DNA from: Gemmatimonadota bacterium
GTDB lineage: Bacteria > Gemmatimonadota > Gemmatimonadetes > Palauibacterales > Palauibacteraceae
NCBI GenBank assembly: GCA_965116475.1
Contig: OZ220691.1
Span: 1,920,001-1,984,000 of the forward strand
Direction: 5' to 3'
DNA: 64,000 nt
Positions 1-9,963 of this stretch are shown here, piece by piece. Below the pieces are notes generated by a model, which was given only the letters and a program-made list of their open reading frames with translations, did not search any database and was not told where the DNA came from. Numbering within the stretch: position 1 is the first letter of the stretch; the number at the start of each line of letters is the position of its first letter. The position numbers and the translations under genes were made by a program.

Positions 1-1750
1 CGGGTCGCTCGACGCGGATGAGGAGGTCATCCTCGATGTCAACCCGCTCGCCGAGGGCCACGACTACTACGCCGCCTTCCCCGAAGTCAGTTCGGAGGGC
101 GACCTGATGGCGTGGGCCGAGGACACGCGCGGACGCCGCATCTACACCATCCGGATCCGGAATCTCGACACGGGGGAGGACTACCCGGAGGCGATCGAGG
201 GCGCGTCCGGCAACATGGTGTGGGCCGAGGACAACCGGACGCTCTTCTATGCGCGGCGCGATCCCGGCACGCTGCGCTCGTACCAGGTCTATCGGCACCG
301 GATCGGCACCGACCCCGCCGATGACGTGCTCGTGTACGAGGAGGACGACGAGGAGTTCAGCTCACGCGTCGGCAAGACCAAGTCGAAGCGCTACCTCGTC
401 ATCTCCTCCTCCCACACCCTGATGGACGAGCACCGCTTTCTCGACGCGACGAACCCCGAGGGCGAGTTCACCCTCTTCCTTCCGCGCGAACGCGGGCACG
501 AGCACCGCTTCGACCACTTCGGGGACCACTTCTACGTCCGGACGAACCTCGACGGGGCCGAGAACTTCAAGCTCATGCGGACTCCCGTCGACGAGACGGC
601 GACGGACAACTGGGAGACGGTCGTCCCCCACCGGAGCGACGTCCTCCTGCAGGGGTTCGAGCTGTTCCGGAACTACCTCGTGCTCTCGGAGCGCGCGGGA
701 GGGCTCACGCGCCTGCGCGTCCGCGCGTGGGAGGGGGAGGAGCACGAGATCGCGTTCGACGAGCCGGCCTACCTGGCCTCGCTGTCGGCCAATCCCGAAC
801 TGGACACAGACATCCTGCGCTACGGGTACACGTCGCTCTCCGCGCCGCGCTCCGTCTACGACTACGACATGTCCACCCGCGAGCGCACGCTGCTCAAGGA
901 GGACGAAGTGCTCGGCGGCTACGACCGCGCGGACTACGTGGTGGAGCGGCTGCACGCCCCCGCCCGCGACGGCGCCGTGGAAATCCCGGTGTCCGTCGTC
1001 TACCGGCACGGTCTCGAGAAGGACGGCGACAACCCGCTCCTCCTCTACGCCTACGGCTCGTACGGGGCGAGCATGGAGCCCACCTTCTCCTCCACCCGCC
1101 TCAGCCTCCTCGACCGCGGCTTCGTCTACGCGATCGCCCATATCCGGGGCGGACAGGAATTGGGCCGCGCGTGGTACGAGGACGGGAAGATGTTCAACAA
1201 GAAGAACACCTTCACCGACTACGTGGACGTGGCGGACTTTCTCGTGGCGGAAGGCTACACGAGCCCGGAGAAGCTCTTCGCCCGCGGCGGGAGCGCCGGG
1301 GGGCTGCTCATGGGGGCGGTGGTGAACATGCGGCCGGAGCTGTTCCGCGGCGTGGTCGCGCACGTCCCGTTCGTCGATGTCGTGACGACGATGCTGGACG
1401 AGTCGATCCCGCTCACGACCTTCGAGTGGGACGAGTGGGGCAACCCGGCGGAACTGGAATCGTACCGCTACATGCTGTCGTACTCGCCCTACGACCAGGT
1501 GGAGGCGAAGGACTACCCCAACCTGCTCGTCACGACGGGACTCCACGACTCGCAGGTCCAATACTGGGAGCCCGCGAAGTGGGTCGCGAAGCTGCGCGCG
1601 ACGAAGACGGACGACAACCGGCTGCTGCTCAAGACGCACATGGATGCCGGCCACGGCGGCGGCTCGGGCCGCGACCGCCAGTACGAGGAACTCGCCTTCG
1701 AGTTCGCCTTCATCCTCGACCTGCTCGACGAGACTGCGCCGCGCCAGTAG
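1..1750 (+). CDS. ptrB: Oligopeptidase B / S9A prolyl oligopeptidase family (5' end outside window)
   Basis: GGSAGG nucleophile motif, DSQV and AGHGG catalytic Asp/His motifs, EWDEWGNP; frame open from the window start. Confidence 0.93.
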   Translation, partial: GSLDADEEVILDVNPLAEGHDYYAAFPEVSSEGDLMAWAEDTRGRRIYTIRIRNLDTGEDYPEAIEGASGNMVWAEDNRTLFYARRDPGTLRSYQVYRHRIGTDPADDVLVYEEDDEEFSSRVGKTKSKRYLVISSSHTLMDEHRFLDATNPEGEFTLFLPRERGHEHRFDHFGDHFYVRTNLDGAENFKLMRTPVDETATDNWETVVPHRSDVLLQGFELFRNYLVLSERAGGLTRLRVRAWEGEEHEIAFDEPAYLASLSANPELDTDILRYGYTSLSAPRSVYDYDMSTRERTLLKEDEVLGGYDRADYVVERLHAPARDGAVEIPVSVVYRHGLEKDGDNPLLLYAYGSYGASMEPTFSSTRLSLLDRGFVYAIAHIRGGQELGRAWYEDGKMFNKKNTFTDYVDVADFLVAEGYTSPEKLFARGGSAGGLLMGAVVNMRPELFRGVVAHVPFVDVVTTMLDESIPLTTFEWDEWGNPAELESYRYMLSYSPYDQVEAKDYPNLLVTTGLHDSQVQYWEPAKWVAKLRATKTDDNRLLLKTHMDAGHGGGSGRDRQYEELAFEFAFILDLLDETAPRQ

Positions 1751-1789
1751 TCGCGGTTCGCCGTGGTCGGCTGGAAGGTGGAACGACAG

Positions 1790-2230
1790 CTATGCCGGGT
1801 CCGACCCGAGTGGATGGCGCCACTTCAGGCCCTCGAAGCGGCTGAAGTCGCGGTCCGTCGTCACCCACTCGCACCCGCTCTCGATCGCCATGGCCGCCAG
1901 ATAGGCGTCCGGGACCAGGTTGCCCCGCGCCCCGGCCTCACGGCACAGCCGTAGGAAGATGGCCCAGTGACGAGCGCCGGGCGTTACTTCAATGCAGTTG
2001 GGCCGCTCACGGAGTTGCTCCGCGAACGCGGTCGCCTGGGACAGCCTGCTTGGAGTCTTGAAGACCTTCGGGTGCGTGACCACGCGGATGAACCCGCTGA
2101 GAACCAGCGGGCTCAGTCCGAACGCCGCATCGGAGTCTACCTCGGAAACCAGCCAGTCGAGGTATCGCGGATGGTCCGGAGCATCCTGGCGATGGGCGTA
2201 GACGAGGATGTTGACGTCGGGAAGGATCAA
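1790..2230 (-). CDS. vapC: VapC-family PIN-domain toxin
   Basis: N-terminal ILPDVNILVYA and C-terminal DAYLAA...TTDRDF PIN motifs; overlaps upstream antitoxin by 4 nt. Confidence 0.92.
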   Translation of the reverse strand: MILPDVNILVYAHRQDAPDHPRYLDWLVSEVDSDAAFGLSPLVLSGFIRVVTHPKVFKTPSRLSQATAFAEQLRERPNCIEVTPGARHWAIFLRLCREAGARGNLVPDAYLAAMAIESGCEWVTTDRDFSRFEGLKWRHPLGSDPA

Positions 2231-2475
2231 ACGCCGTCTTCCATGAGTTCGATGAGGGCCGCGGAATCGTCGAGGTCGACGCCGGGCTGGAGGCCGCCCT
2301 CCCCCGTGGTCACGAGGGTAAGCGGCGCCGGCGGGTTCGAAATCCGGTCTCTGTACCGCTGAAGCCGCTCCCGCAGGGATTGTGCGATCACGGCCGTCAC
2401 GGTCATCCCCGACTCGAGTGCGTGACGCTTTACCGCTCGCATGAGGTCATCGTCCAACCGAATCGTCGTCCGCAT
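2227..2475 (-). CDS. vapB: VapB/CopG-like ribbon-helix-helix antitoxin
   Basis: MRTTIRLDDDL RHH start, 82 aa, directly upstream of the PIN toxin. Confidence 0.88.
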   Translation of the reverse strand: MRTTIRLDDDLMRAVKRHALESGMTVTAVIAQSLRERLQRYRDRISNPPAPLTLVTTGEGGLQPGVDLDDSAALIELMEDGV

Positions 2476-2511
2476 GACATATACGCATACACTGATGGCG
2501 TCAATATGTCA
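2475..2511. promoter_or_regulatory. Candidate TA operator inverted repeat TGACATAT-N21-ATATGTCA
   Basis: Perfect 8-bp inverted repeat in the AT-rich segment abutting the antitoxin start. Confidence 0.5.
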
Positions 2512-2538
2512 ACGTGCCCGATGCTGCTACCGATACTG

Positions 2539-3549
2539 CTAGGGCATCGATGCCTGGGCGCGGACCCATTCGACGGCGGCGCGGTGGGTGCCGAACCAGA
2601 CGCCGGGCTTCGAGCGCATGTGCTCGATGAGTTCGCGCAGGATCACGATTCGTGACCGGTGTCCGATGTAGTGCGGGTGCATGGTGAGGAGGAACATCGT
2701 CCCCTCCTCGTACGCCACGTCGAACTCGTCCTTGTACACCTCCAGCACCTCGCGCGGGTTCGAGTAGCGGTCGCCGAGCGGGTTGAAGAGCGGGGCGTCG
2801 TCCAGGATCCAGTCCACGGGGAGTTCGACGAGGCCCGTGGGTTCGCCGTTCTGGTTGATCTCGTAGGGCCGGTCGTCCGCCATCAGAGAGGAGTCGTACA
2901 GGAAGTCCATCTCGAGCAGGAGGTCGAGCGTCGAGTCGCTGAAGTTCCACGACGGCGCGCGGTAGCCGACCGGGCGTTCGCCCATGAGTTCGGTCAGCCG
3001 CTCGACGGCCATGCGCAGCAGGCGTTCCTCCTCATCGCGCGGGAGCGTGGCGTTGCGCTCGTGGATCCAGCCGTGGACGCCGATCTCGTGGCGGCCCGAG
3101 GCCTGGATCATGTCGACCTGGTGCGGCGCGAGGCTGAAGCTGAGGGCGGGGCCGAAGAACGAGGCGGCGATCCCGTACTCGTCGAGCAGATCGATGACGC
3201 GGCCGAGGGCGACGCGCGAGCCGTATTCCCCCTGCGAGAGGCCGCCCACGTTGGTGTCGCCGTTCCGCAGCCAGACCGTCTCGTTGTCCACGTCGAAGGA
3301 GAGCAGCACCGCGACCCGGCCACCGTCCGGCCACGAGTCCGGGTTGAGGTCGCGCCCGGCGCGCACCCGGTTGACGGCCTCGAACACGCGCTCTTCGGAC
3401 CAGCGCCACGGCGGGTCGTCCGCCTCCTGCGCCGCGTGGGCCGCCACCGGAATCGCCACGGTCGTCGCCGGAGTTGCCGCAGCCGCCGCGCTGCCGCAAA
3501 GGACGATGGCGAGTCCGCGAGAGATCGAAGATCGTATCGGGCCGGTCAT
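2539..3549 (-). CDS. Secreted polysaccharide deacetylase (CE4/PuuE-like)
   Basis: SFDVD, HGWIHE, GYRAP, YDSS and LTMHP motifs; N-terminal signal peptide. Confidence 0.85.
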   Translation of the reverse strand: MTGPIRSSISRGLAIVLCGSAAAAATPATTVAIPVAAHAAQEADDPPWRWSEERVFEAVNRVRAGRDLNPDSWPDGGRVAVLLSFDVDNETVWLRNGDTNVGGLSQGEYGSRVALGRVIDLLDEYGIAASFFGPALSFSLAPHQVDMIQASGRHEIGVHGWIHERNATLPRDEEERLLRMAVERLTELMGERPVGYRAPSWNFSDSTLDLLLEMDFLYDSSLMADDRPYEINQNGEPTGLVELPVDWILDDAPLFNPLGDRYSNPREVLEVYKDEFDVAYEEGTMFLLTMHPHYIGHRSRIVILRELIEHMRSKPGVWFGTHRAAVEWVRAQASMP

Positions 3550-3717
3550 GAGGATTCCTCCGTTTCGGTAGTCATCTCAAGTCTGAAGGCTTATTTTAAC
3601 AGATTGCTCGTGAATCGGACGGACGGCGCCGATTCCGTCCGGCGCTGAGATCTGTCCCCGATTCGTGGGCTCGTCGCCGTGGTGCCGCCCCTCCCCTGAT
3701 TATGGCGACGACGACAC

Positions 3718-5325
3718 ATGACGACTACGACGGCCGAAATCGGCACCATGGACCTCAGCGCGCACGGGATCACCGTCACCCGCATAAAACGTAATCCCTC
3801 CGTGGGGGACATCTACGCCGATGCCCTGAGCGGCCGCGAACCCGGGGCGATCAAGGCGGCGAACGGAGCCCTCGTGGCTTTCTCCGGCGCCAAGACGGGC
3901 CGCTCGCCGAACGACAAGCACGTAGTGTGCGATCCGGAGACCGAGCGGGACGTCTGGTGGGGTCCGGTCAACTTCCCTCTCGAGCGCGAGAGCTTCCGCC
4001 GGAATCGCGAACGCGCGCGGGCTTTCCTGAACGCGCAGGATCTCCTCTACGTCATCGACGGTTTCGCGGGCTGGGACCCGGCCTACCGCCTCAACGTCCG
4101 GATCATCTGCAACCGCCCGTACCACGCCCTCTTCATGCACAACATGCTCATCCGCCCCACGCCCGCGGAGCTGGCGGAATTCGGCGAGCCCGACTTCGTC
4201 GTCTACAACGCGGGCCAGGAGGCGGCCGACCCGTCGGTCGAGGGCGTCACCTCACCGACGAGCGTCGATCTCTCCTTCGCCGACAACGAGGCCTGCATCC
4301 TCGGGACCGAGTACGCGGGGGAGATGAAGAAGGGCGTGTTCACGATCATGAACTACCTCATGCCGAAGCGGGACGTGCTCTCGATGCACTGCTCGGCGAC
4401 GACCGACCCGGAGACCGGGGCCTCGTCGCTCCTCTTCGGTCTCTCGGGGACGGGGAAGACGACGCTCTCGGCCGACCCGAACCGGCGGCTCATCGGCGAC
4501 GACGAGCACTGCTGGACTGACGCGGGGATCTTCAACATCGAGGGCGGCTGCTACGCGAAGACGATCGACCTCTCCGAGGAAAAGGAGCCCGACATCTACC
4601 GGGCGCTCCGCTACGGCGCGGTGCTGGAGAACGTCGTGCTGCGGGACGATGGGAGCGTGGACTGGTCGGACTCGTCGATCACGCAGAACACGCGCGGCAG
4701 CTACCCGATCGAGTTCATCGACAACGCGCAGGTGCCGTGCGTGGCGGGTCACCCGACGGACGTGATCTTCCTGACGGCGGACGCGTTCGGCGTGCTGCCG
4801 CCGGTGAGCCGGTTGACGCCCGAGCAGGCCATGTACCACTTCATCAGCGGGTACACGGCGAAGGTCGCGGGCACGGAGGTCGGCGTCACCGACCCGGTGG
4901 CGACGTTCTCGCCCTGCTTCGGGGGCCCGTTCCTCGTGTGGCACCCGGCGAAGTACGCTCGCCTCCTGGCGGACCGGATGCGTGTGCACGGCGTGAAGGT
5001 GTGGCTCGTGAACACGGGCTGGAGCGGCGGGCCGTTCGGCGTCGGCGCGCGGATCGACCTGCCGCACACGCGCCGGATGGTCGACGCCATCCACGCGGGC
5101 GAACTCGACGGGGCGCCGACGGAGCCGGACCCGGTGTTCGGGATCCACGTCGTGACGGAAGTGCCGGGCGTGCCGGGCGAGATTCTGCGGCCGCGCGCGA
5201 CATGGCCGGATCCCGCTGCGTACGACGAGAAGGCCGCGCACCTGGCCCGGCTCTTCAGGGAGAACTTCAGGGAATACGAGGACGACTGTCCGCCGGACGT
5301 GTGTGCGGCGGGCCCCGTGATCTAG
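3718..5325 (+). CDS. pckA: Phosphoenolpyruvate carboxykinase (ATP)
   Basis: GLSGTGKTTLS P-loop, LIGDDEHCW, FNIEGGCYAK, YAGEMKKG. Confidence 0.97.
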   Translation: MTTTTAEIGTMDLSAHGITVTRIKRNPSVGDIYADALSGREPGAIKAANGALVAFSGAKTGRSPNDKHVVCDPETERDVWWGPVNFPLERESFRRNRERARAFLNAQDLLYVIDGFAGWDPAYRLNVRIICNRPYHALFMHNMLIRPTPAELAEFGEPDFVVYNAGQEAADPSVEGVTSPTSVDLSFADNEACILGTEYAGEMKKGVFTIMNYLMPKRDVLSMHCSATTDPETGASSLLFGLSGTGKTTLSADPNRRLIGDDEHCWTDAGIFNIEGGCYAKTIDLSEEKEPDIYRALRYGAVLENVVLRDDGSVDWSDSSITQNTRGSYPIEFIDNAQVPCVAGHPTDVIFLTADAFGVLPPVSRLTPEQAMYHFISGYTAKVAGTEVGVTDPVATFSPCFGGPFLVWHPAKYARLLADRMRVHGVKVWLVNTGWSGGPFGVGARIDLPHTRRMVDAIHAGELDGAPTEPDPVFGIHVVTEVPGVPGEILRPRATWPDPAAYDEKAAHLARLFRENFREYEDDCPPDVCAAGPVI

Positions 5326-5338
5326 AGGAGGAAGCTCG

Positions 5339-6982
5339 ATGCGGCGACGTGATCTGATCCTGGCGGTGGGTCTGGCGGCGATGGTGGCCGGGTGTTCGAG
5401 CGGACAGCGGGACGCGCCGCAGATGGCGGGCGCCTCCATGGGCGGCATGGGCGCCGCGGCCGCGGCGGGCAACGGCGACGGGAACTCGACGCCGCTCTAC
5501 GGCAACCTCGGCCCGCACAATCGGCCGATCACCACGACGTCGGAGAAGGCGCAGGCCTACTTCGACGAGGGCCTGCTGTTCATGTACGCCTTCGGCACCT
5601 CGATCGCCGAGGAGTCGTTCCGCGCCTCGCAGGCGGAGGACCCGGAGTGCGCCTCCTGCTACTGGGGCGAGGCGTGGTCGCTGGCCCCGTACCTGAACGG
5701 CGGCATGTCGCCCGGCAACGAACGCTCGGCCCACGCCGCCATGCAGAAGGCGCAGGAGCACGAGTCGGGCGCGACCGAGGTCGAGCAGGCGCTCATCGAC
5801 GCCTTCGCCGTGCGCTTCGAGGCCGACCCCGAGCGCGCCAGGCGCCGCATGCTCGACACGCTGTACGCGCGCGAGATGGACAAGGTCGCGGCGCGCTACC
5901 CGGACGATCTGGATGTGCTCACGCTGCAGGCCGAAGCCTGGATGCTGCTGCGGCCCCGGCGCGGGGACGTGGATCTCGAGGCGAAGGACGTGAAGAAGAT
6001 CCGGCCCATCCTCGAGACCGTCCTCGCACGCGACATCAGTCATCCCGGCGCCTGCCACCTCTACATCCACCTCGTGGAGGCCTCGCAGGATCCGGGACTG
6101 GCCGAGGCGTGTTCCGACCACCTCGGAAGCCAGATCGCGGTGAGTCACATCCACCACATGCCGACGCACATCTACATGAACATCGGCCGCTGGGGCGATG
6201 CGGTGCGCGGCAACCAGCAGGCGTGGCACGCGGACCAGAAGGCCGCGCACGGCGGCCCCCCCGGCGTCTATCCCTCGCACAACCTGCACATGCTGCTCAA
6301 CGCCGCCGTGATGGACGGACAGAGCGCCGTCGCGATCCAGGCGGCGAAGGACCTGGCGGGGCACCGGGGCCCGTGGGGGGCCTACATCCCGCTCACCTAC
6401 GCCGCCTTCGGCCGCTGGAGCGAGATCCTGGCCGGCGACGGTCCGAAATCGGACGAAGCCATGGAAGTCGTCGCGTGGAGCTTCTCGCGCGGCCTGGCCT
6501 ACCTGCGGATGGGGCACGTCGACGTCGCGCAGGACCACCTCGAGGAGATCGACCAGGCGCTCGAAGACGCCGATCCCTCCGCCACCTTCCGCTACAGCCC
6601 GCTCGCCGACGTCGTCGCGCTGCCGCGCTCGATCCTCGCCGGAGAGATCCTGAACGCGCAGGGGAAGGCGGACGAGGCCGTGGCGGTGCTGAAGCACGGG
6701 ATCGAGAAGGAGGATGGGTTGATCTACTCCGAGCCGCGGGCGTGGCACATGCCGGTCCGCCATACGCTCGGCGCGATCCTGCTCGAGAACGACCGGACGG
6801 CGGAGGCGGAGCAGGTGTACCGCGACGCGCTCGAGGATCTGCCCAATCAGGGCTGGGCGTATTTCGGCCTCATGCAGGCGCTCGAGGCGCAGAAGAAGAC
6901 GGCGCAGGCGCAGGAGGCGCGGCGGGAGTTCGACCGCTACTGGGTCCGCGCCGACACCTGGCTGCGCAGCTCCAGGTTTTGA
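5339..6982 (+). CDS. TPR-repeat lipoprotein of unknown function
   Basis: Lipobox VAGC, AQAYFDEGL, HPGACHLYIH and HMPTHIY motifs, helical TPR-like repeats. Confidence 0.7.
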   Translation: MRRRDLILAVGLAAMVAGCSSGQRDAPQMAGASMGGMGAAAAAGNGDGNSTPLYGNLGPHNRPITTTSEKAQAYFDEGLLFMYAFGTSIAEESFRASQAEDPECASCYWGEAWSLAPYLNGGMSPGNERSAHAAMQKAQEHESGATEVEQALIDAFAVRFEADPERARRRMLDTLYAREMDKVAARYPDDLDVLTLQAEAWMLLRPRRGDVDLEAKDVKKIRPILETVLARDISHPGACHLYIHLVEASQDPGLAEACSDHLGSQIAVSHIHHMPTHIYMNIGRWGDAVRGNQQAWHADQKAAHGGPPGVYPSHNLHMLLNAAVMDGQSAVAIQAAKDLAGHRGPWGAYIPLTYAAFGRWSEILAGDGPKSDEAMEVVAWSFSRGLAYLRMGHVDVAQDHLEEIDQALEDADPSATFRYSPLADVVALPRSILAGEILNAQGKADEAVAVLKHGIEKEDGLIYSEPRAWHMPVRHTLGAILLENDRTAEAEQVYRDALEDLPNQGWAYFGLMQALEAQKKTAQAQEARREFDRYWVRADTWLRSSRF

Positions 6983-7025
6983 GGAGGCCGCGAACGGCTT
7001 CCGCGCGAGACCGGGCCGCACGCCC

Positions 7026-7907
7026 ATGATCGACTTCTCGCCGCCCGAGAGTCCGTACCGGGTCGGCTACGACGGCGACTTCGACATCGCCCGGGCGATG
7101 ACGGCGCCGCCGCCCGACGCGCTCCCCGTGCGCGACATGAGAAAGGAACTGAAGCGCACGGTTCGCAAGATCTCGCGGCTTCAGCGGCGTCTGCACGCGC
7201 ACCGCCACCACGCCGTGCTGCTGGTTTTCCAGGCGATGGACGCGGCCGGCAAGGACTCGACGTTGCGAGCGGTCATGACGGGCGTGAACCCCGCCGGCTT
7301 CCGGATCAACTCCTTCGAGGCGCCGTCCAACGAGGAGGTGAGGCACGACTTCCTGTGGCGCACGAACCGCCGGCTCCCGGAGAAGGGCCGGATCGGGATC
7401 TTCAACCGGAGCTACTACGAGGAAGTGCTCATCGTGCGGGTCCATCCCGAGTTCCTCGACCGGCAGAAGCTCCCGCGGAAGCTGCCGATCATGGAACGGT
7501 GCGAGGAGCGCTACGAGTCGATCCGGGATCACGAACGGCACCTGGCCCGCAACGGGACCGTGATCCTCAAGTTCTGGCTCAACATCTCGAAGGAAGAGCA
7601 GGCCCGCCGCTTCCTGCGCCGCATCGACCGTCCCGACAAGAACTGGAAGTTCAACCGCGCCGACATCGAGGAGCGGCAGCACTGGGACGATTACATGGCC
7701 GCCTACGAGGACGCGATCAACGCGACCGCCCGCCCGTGGGCGCCGTGGTATGCGATCCCCGCCGACTCCAAACCCTGGATGCGGCTTGTCGTCGCCCGGC
7801 TGGTGCGCGACCAGCTCGCCACCCTCGACCTCACCCACCCCGCGCTACCCGAAGAAGAACGCGCCGAACTCCAGGAATACCGCGCCGACCTCACCGCCGA
7901 ACTCTAG
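7026..7907 (+). CDS. ppk2: Polyphosphate kinase 2 family protein
   Basis: FQAMDAAGKD Walker A, FNRSYYEEVL, KNWKF, WYAIPAD. Confidence 0.93.
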   Translation: MIDFSPPESPYRVGYDGDFDIARAMTAPPPDALPVRDMRKELKRTVRKISRLQRRLHAHRHHAVLLVFQAMDAAGKDSTLRAVMTGVNPAGFRINSFEAPSNEEVRHDFLWRTNRRLPEKGRIGIFNRSYYEEVLIVRVHPEFLDRQKLPRKLPIMERCEERYESIRDHERHLARNGTVILKFWLNISKEEQARRFLRRIDRPDKNWKFNRADIEERQHWDDYMAAYEDAINATARPWAPWYAIPADSKPWMRLVVARLVRDQLATLDLTHPALPEEERAELQEYRADLTAEL

Positions 7908-8582
7908 TCAGCGGATGGTGGGGCCGCCGGTTCGGTTGTCGGGGACGAAGCGGTCGCGGGCGGGCATGTGCGTGTCGACGACCACCGCGGAGTCGACGAC
8001 GGCGTCCGCCGGCAGGAGATCGTTGAAGTAGAGCATGGCGCCGACGACCGCGTAGACCTCCTCGTCCGTCATCGTTCCCGGCAGGTCGAAGGGCATGGCG
8101 CGGCGCGTGTAGTCGAACAGCGTCGTGGCGTAGGGCCAGTAGTTGCCGACGGTGGAGCGCAGGCTGCGGTCGTTCGCGAACGGGAACTCGTCTCCGGGGA
8201 TGCGGCCCGTGAGGAGGTCGTTCGGACCCTCGCGCCCGGTGGGGCCGTGGCAGAGGATGCAGCGGTGGCGCTCCCACACTTCGAGGCCTTCCGCGACGGT
8301 GCCCTGTCCCGGGGGGAGGCCCGCGCCGTCGGGGCCGATGTCGATGTCCCACGCCGCGATCTGCGAAGCCGTCGCGGGCGTGCCGAAGCCGTACACCGGC
8401 TCGTCCGAGCCCGCCCGCCCGGTCGCCCCGACGCCCGGATCGGTCGTCGCGCCCGCAGCCGCGTCGGCTCCGGCGTTGCCGGCCTCCATGCCGGCCTCGG
8501 GATCGCCCGCGCCGCAGGCCGCCAGCCCCGGCGCGAGGGCCGCCAGCGTCAGTAGTCGCGAGACCACGTTGGCGCGGCTCAT
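7908..8582 (-). CDS. Monoheme cytochrome c lipoprotein (SoxD/SorB-like partner)
   Basis: CILCH heme motif, YWPYATTLFDYTRRAMP, lipobox LAAC; ATG at 8582 overlaps the upstream stop. Confidence 0.85.
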   Translation of the reverse strand: MSRANVVSRLLTLAALAPGLAACGAGDPEAGMEAGNAGADAAAGATTDPGVGATGRAGSDEPVYGFGTPATASQIAAWDIDIGPDGAGLPPGQGTVAEGLEVWERHRCILCHGPTGREGPNDLLTGRIPGDEFPFANDRSLRSTVGNYWPYATTLFDYTRRAMPFDLPGTMTDEEVYAVVGAMLYFNDLLPADAVVDSAVVVDTHMPARDRFVPDNRTGGPTIR

Positions 8583-9811
8583 ACCGGCGCGAACTCGATC
8601 GAGCCGTCGCGGGCCACGCGCCACCCGCGGATCGCGTTCGAGTGGTAGCGCGTGCCGGGTCCGCGCGCGTCGAGGACCTGCTGGCGGACCGGCTGCGTGT
8701 AGCCCGTCTCGTCGGTCGCGCGGCTCAGCAGGTGCGCCTCGCCGCCGTCCCACTCCCAGCCGTGGCGGAAGCGCGTCGTGCACTTGGGCAGCACGGGTTC
8801 CTGGAGCTCCGCGTCGTGCCACGAATCGCCGCCGTCCGTGCTCACCTCCACGCGCTCGATCAGACCCCGGCCGGTCCACGCATAGCCGGAAATCTCCACA
8901 AATCCCGGCTCCGACAGCCGCCGCGGATAGGTGGGGTAGGTGATGACCGACTTCGCATCCATCACGAAGGAGAACTGCCGCGCCGTCCCGTCCGGGAGCG
9001 GATCCGTGTACTTGGACGTCTCATCGCGGAACATCCCGGGGCGGTCGGAGAGTTCGATGCGCCGGATCCATTTCACGCTCGCGTTGCCCTCCCACCCGGG
9101 CAGGAACACCCGCGCGGGGTAGCCCTGTTCGGGCCGGATCGCCTCGCCGTTCTGGGCATAGGCGATCATCGCGTCGTCCCACGCCTTCTCCATCGGGATG
9201 CTGCGGCCCATGACCGCCGCGTCCGACCCCTCGGCGAGGAACCACGTCGCGTCCGCGTGCACCCCCACCTCCTCGAACAGCGTCGAAAGCGCGACGCCGG
9301 ACCATTCGCTCGTGCTGAGCAGCCCGTCGACCGACTGCGGCGTGTGCTGCGGGCTGGGCGACGGGGCGTAGGCGCCGCCGCCGTTCCCGGAGCACTCGAT
9401 GAAGAGCAGCTTCGAAACCTGCGGGAAGCGCTTCAGGTCTTCGAGCGTGAACAGCGTGGGCCGGTCGACCATGCCGTGGATGAGGAGGCGGTAGGTCGCG
9501 GGGTCGATGTAGGGGATCCCGTGATGGTGCCGCTCAAAATGCAGATCCGCCGGGGTCATGATCCCGTGCAGGTCCTGAAGCGGGGTGCGCGAGGAGCCGC
9601 CCATGGAACCGGAGAGGAGCTTCTCCGGCGTCTCGTGCGGCGACCGGGACCCGACCGTGACGGGACGCGCTCCCGGAACCTTCGTCGGATCCTGCGCCTC
9701 CTGGACCAGTCCGCGCGTTGCGCCGGCCGTGATCGCGCCCCCGGCGGCCGCGGCCGCCCCGGCGATCAGGGCTCGCCGCGTGAGTCCGGAGCTTTCGTCT
9801 CGGTCGTTCAC
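8579..9811 (-). CDS. soxC: Molybdopterin sulfite dehydrogenase, SoxC-like
   Basis: Tat signal TRRALI, LHFERHH, IECSGN Mo-ligand Cys, PEQGYPAR, PGWEGN, SRATDETG. Confidence 0.9.
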   Translation of the reverse strand: MNDRDESSGLTRRALIAGAAAAAGGAITAGATRGLVQEAQDPTKVPGARPVTVGSRSPHETPEKLLSGSMGGSSRTPLQDLHGIMTPADLHFERHHHGIPYIDPATYRLLIHGMVDRPTLFTLEDLKRFPQVSKLLFIECSGNGGGAYAPSPSPQHTPQSVDGLLSTSEWSGVALSTLFEEVGVHADATWFLAEGSDAAVMGRSIPMEKAWDDAMIAYAQNGEAIRPEQGYPARVFLPGWEGNASVKWIRRIELSDRPGMFRDETSKYTDPLPDGTARQFSFVMDAKSVITYPTYPRRLSEPGFVEISGYAWTGRGLIERVEVSTDGGDSWHDAELQEPVLPKCTTRFRHGWEWDGGEAHLLSRATDETGYTQPVRQQVLDARGPGTRYHSNAIRGWRVARDGSIEFAPV

Positions 9812-9963
9812 GTCGCCTCCGTTTCCGTCGGTCTCGTGCCCCGCTTCCGCCCGTCCCGCGCCCCGTTTCCGCCCCGTCCCGCGCCCCGTCCAGCATGTGT
9901 GCGCCGACCACAGTTGCCGCCGTCACGAGGGCCGGCAAGAGCGACCCCCGCGGCGGCCTGCCG

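Noticed and set aside
9830..9960. Possible molybdenum-cofactor riboswitch upstream of soxC
   Set aside because: Only short GC-rich imperfect repeats are visible; no recognisable conserved motif, and an Rfam search would be needed
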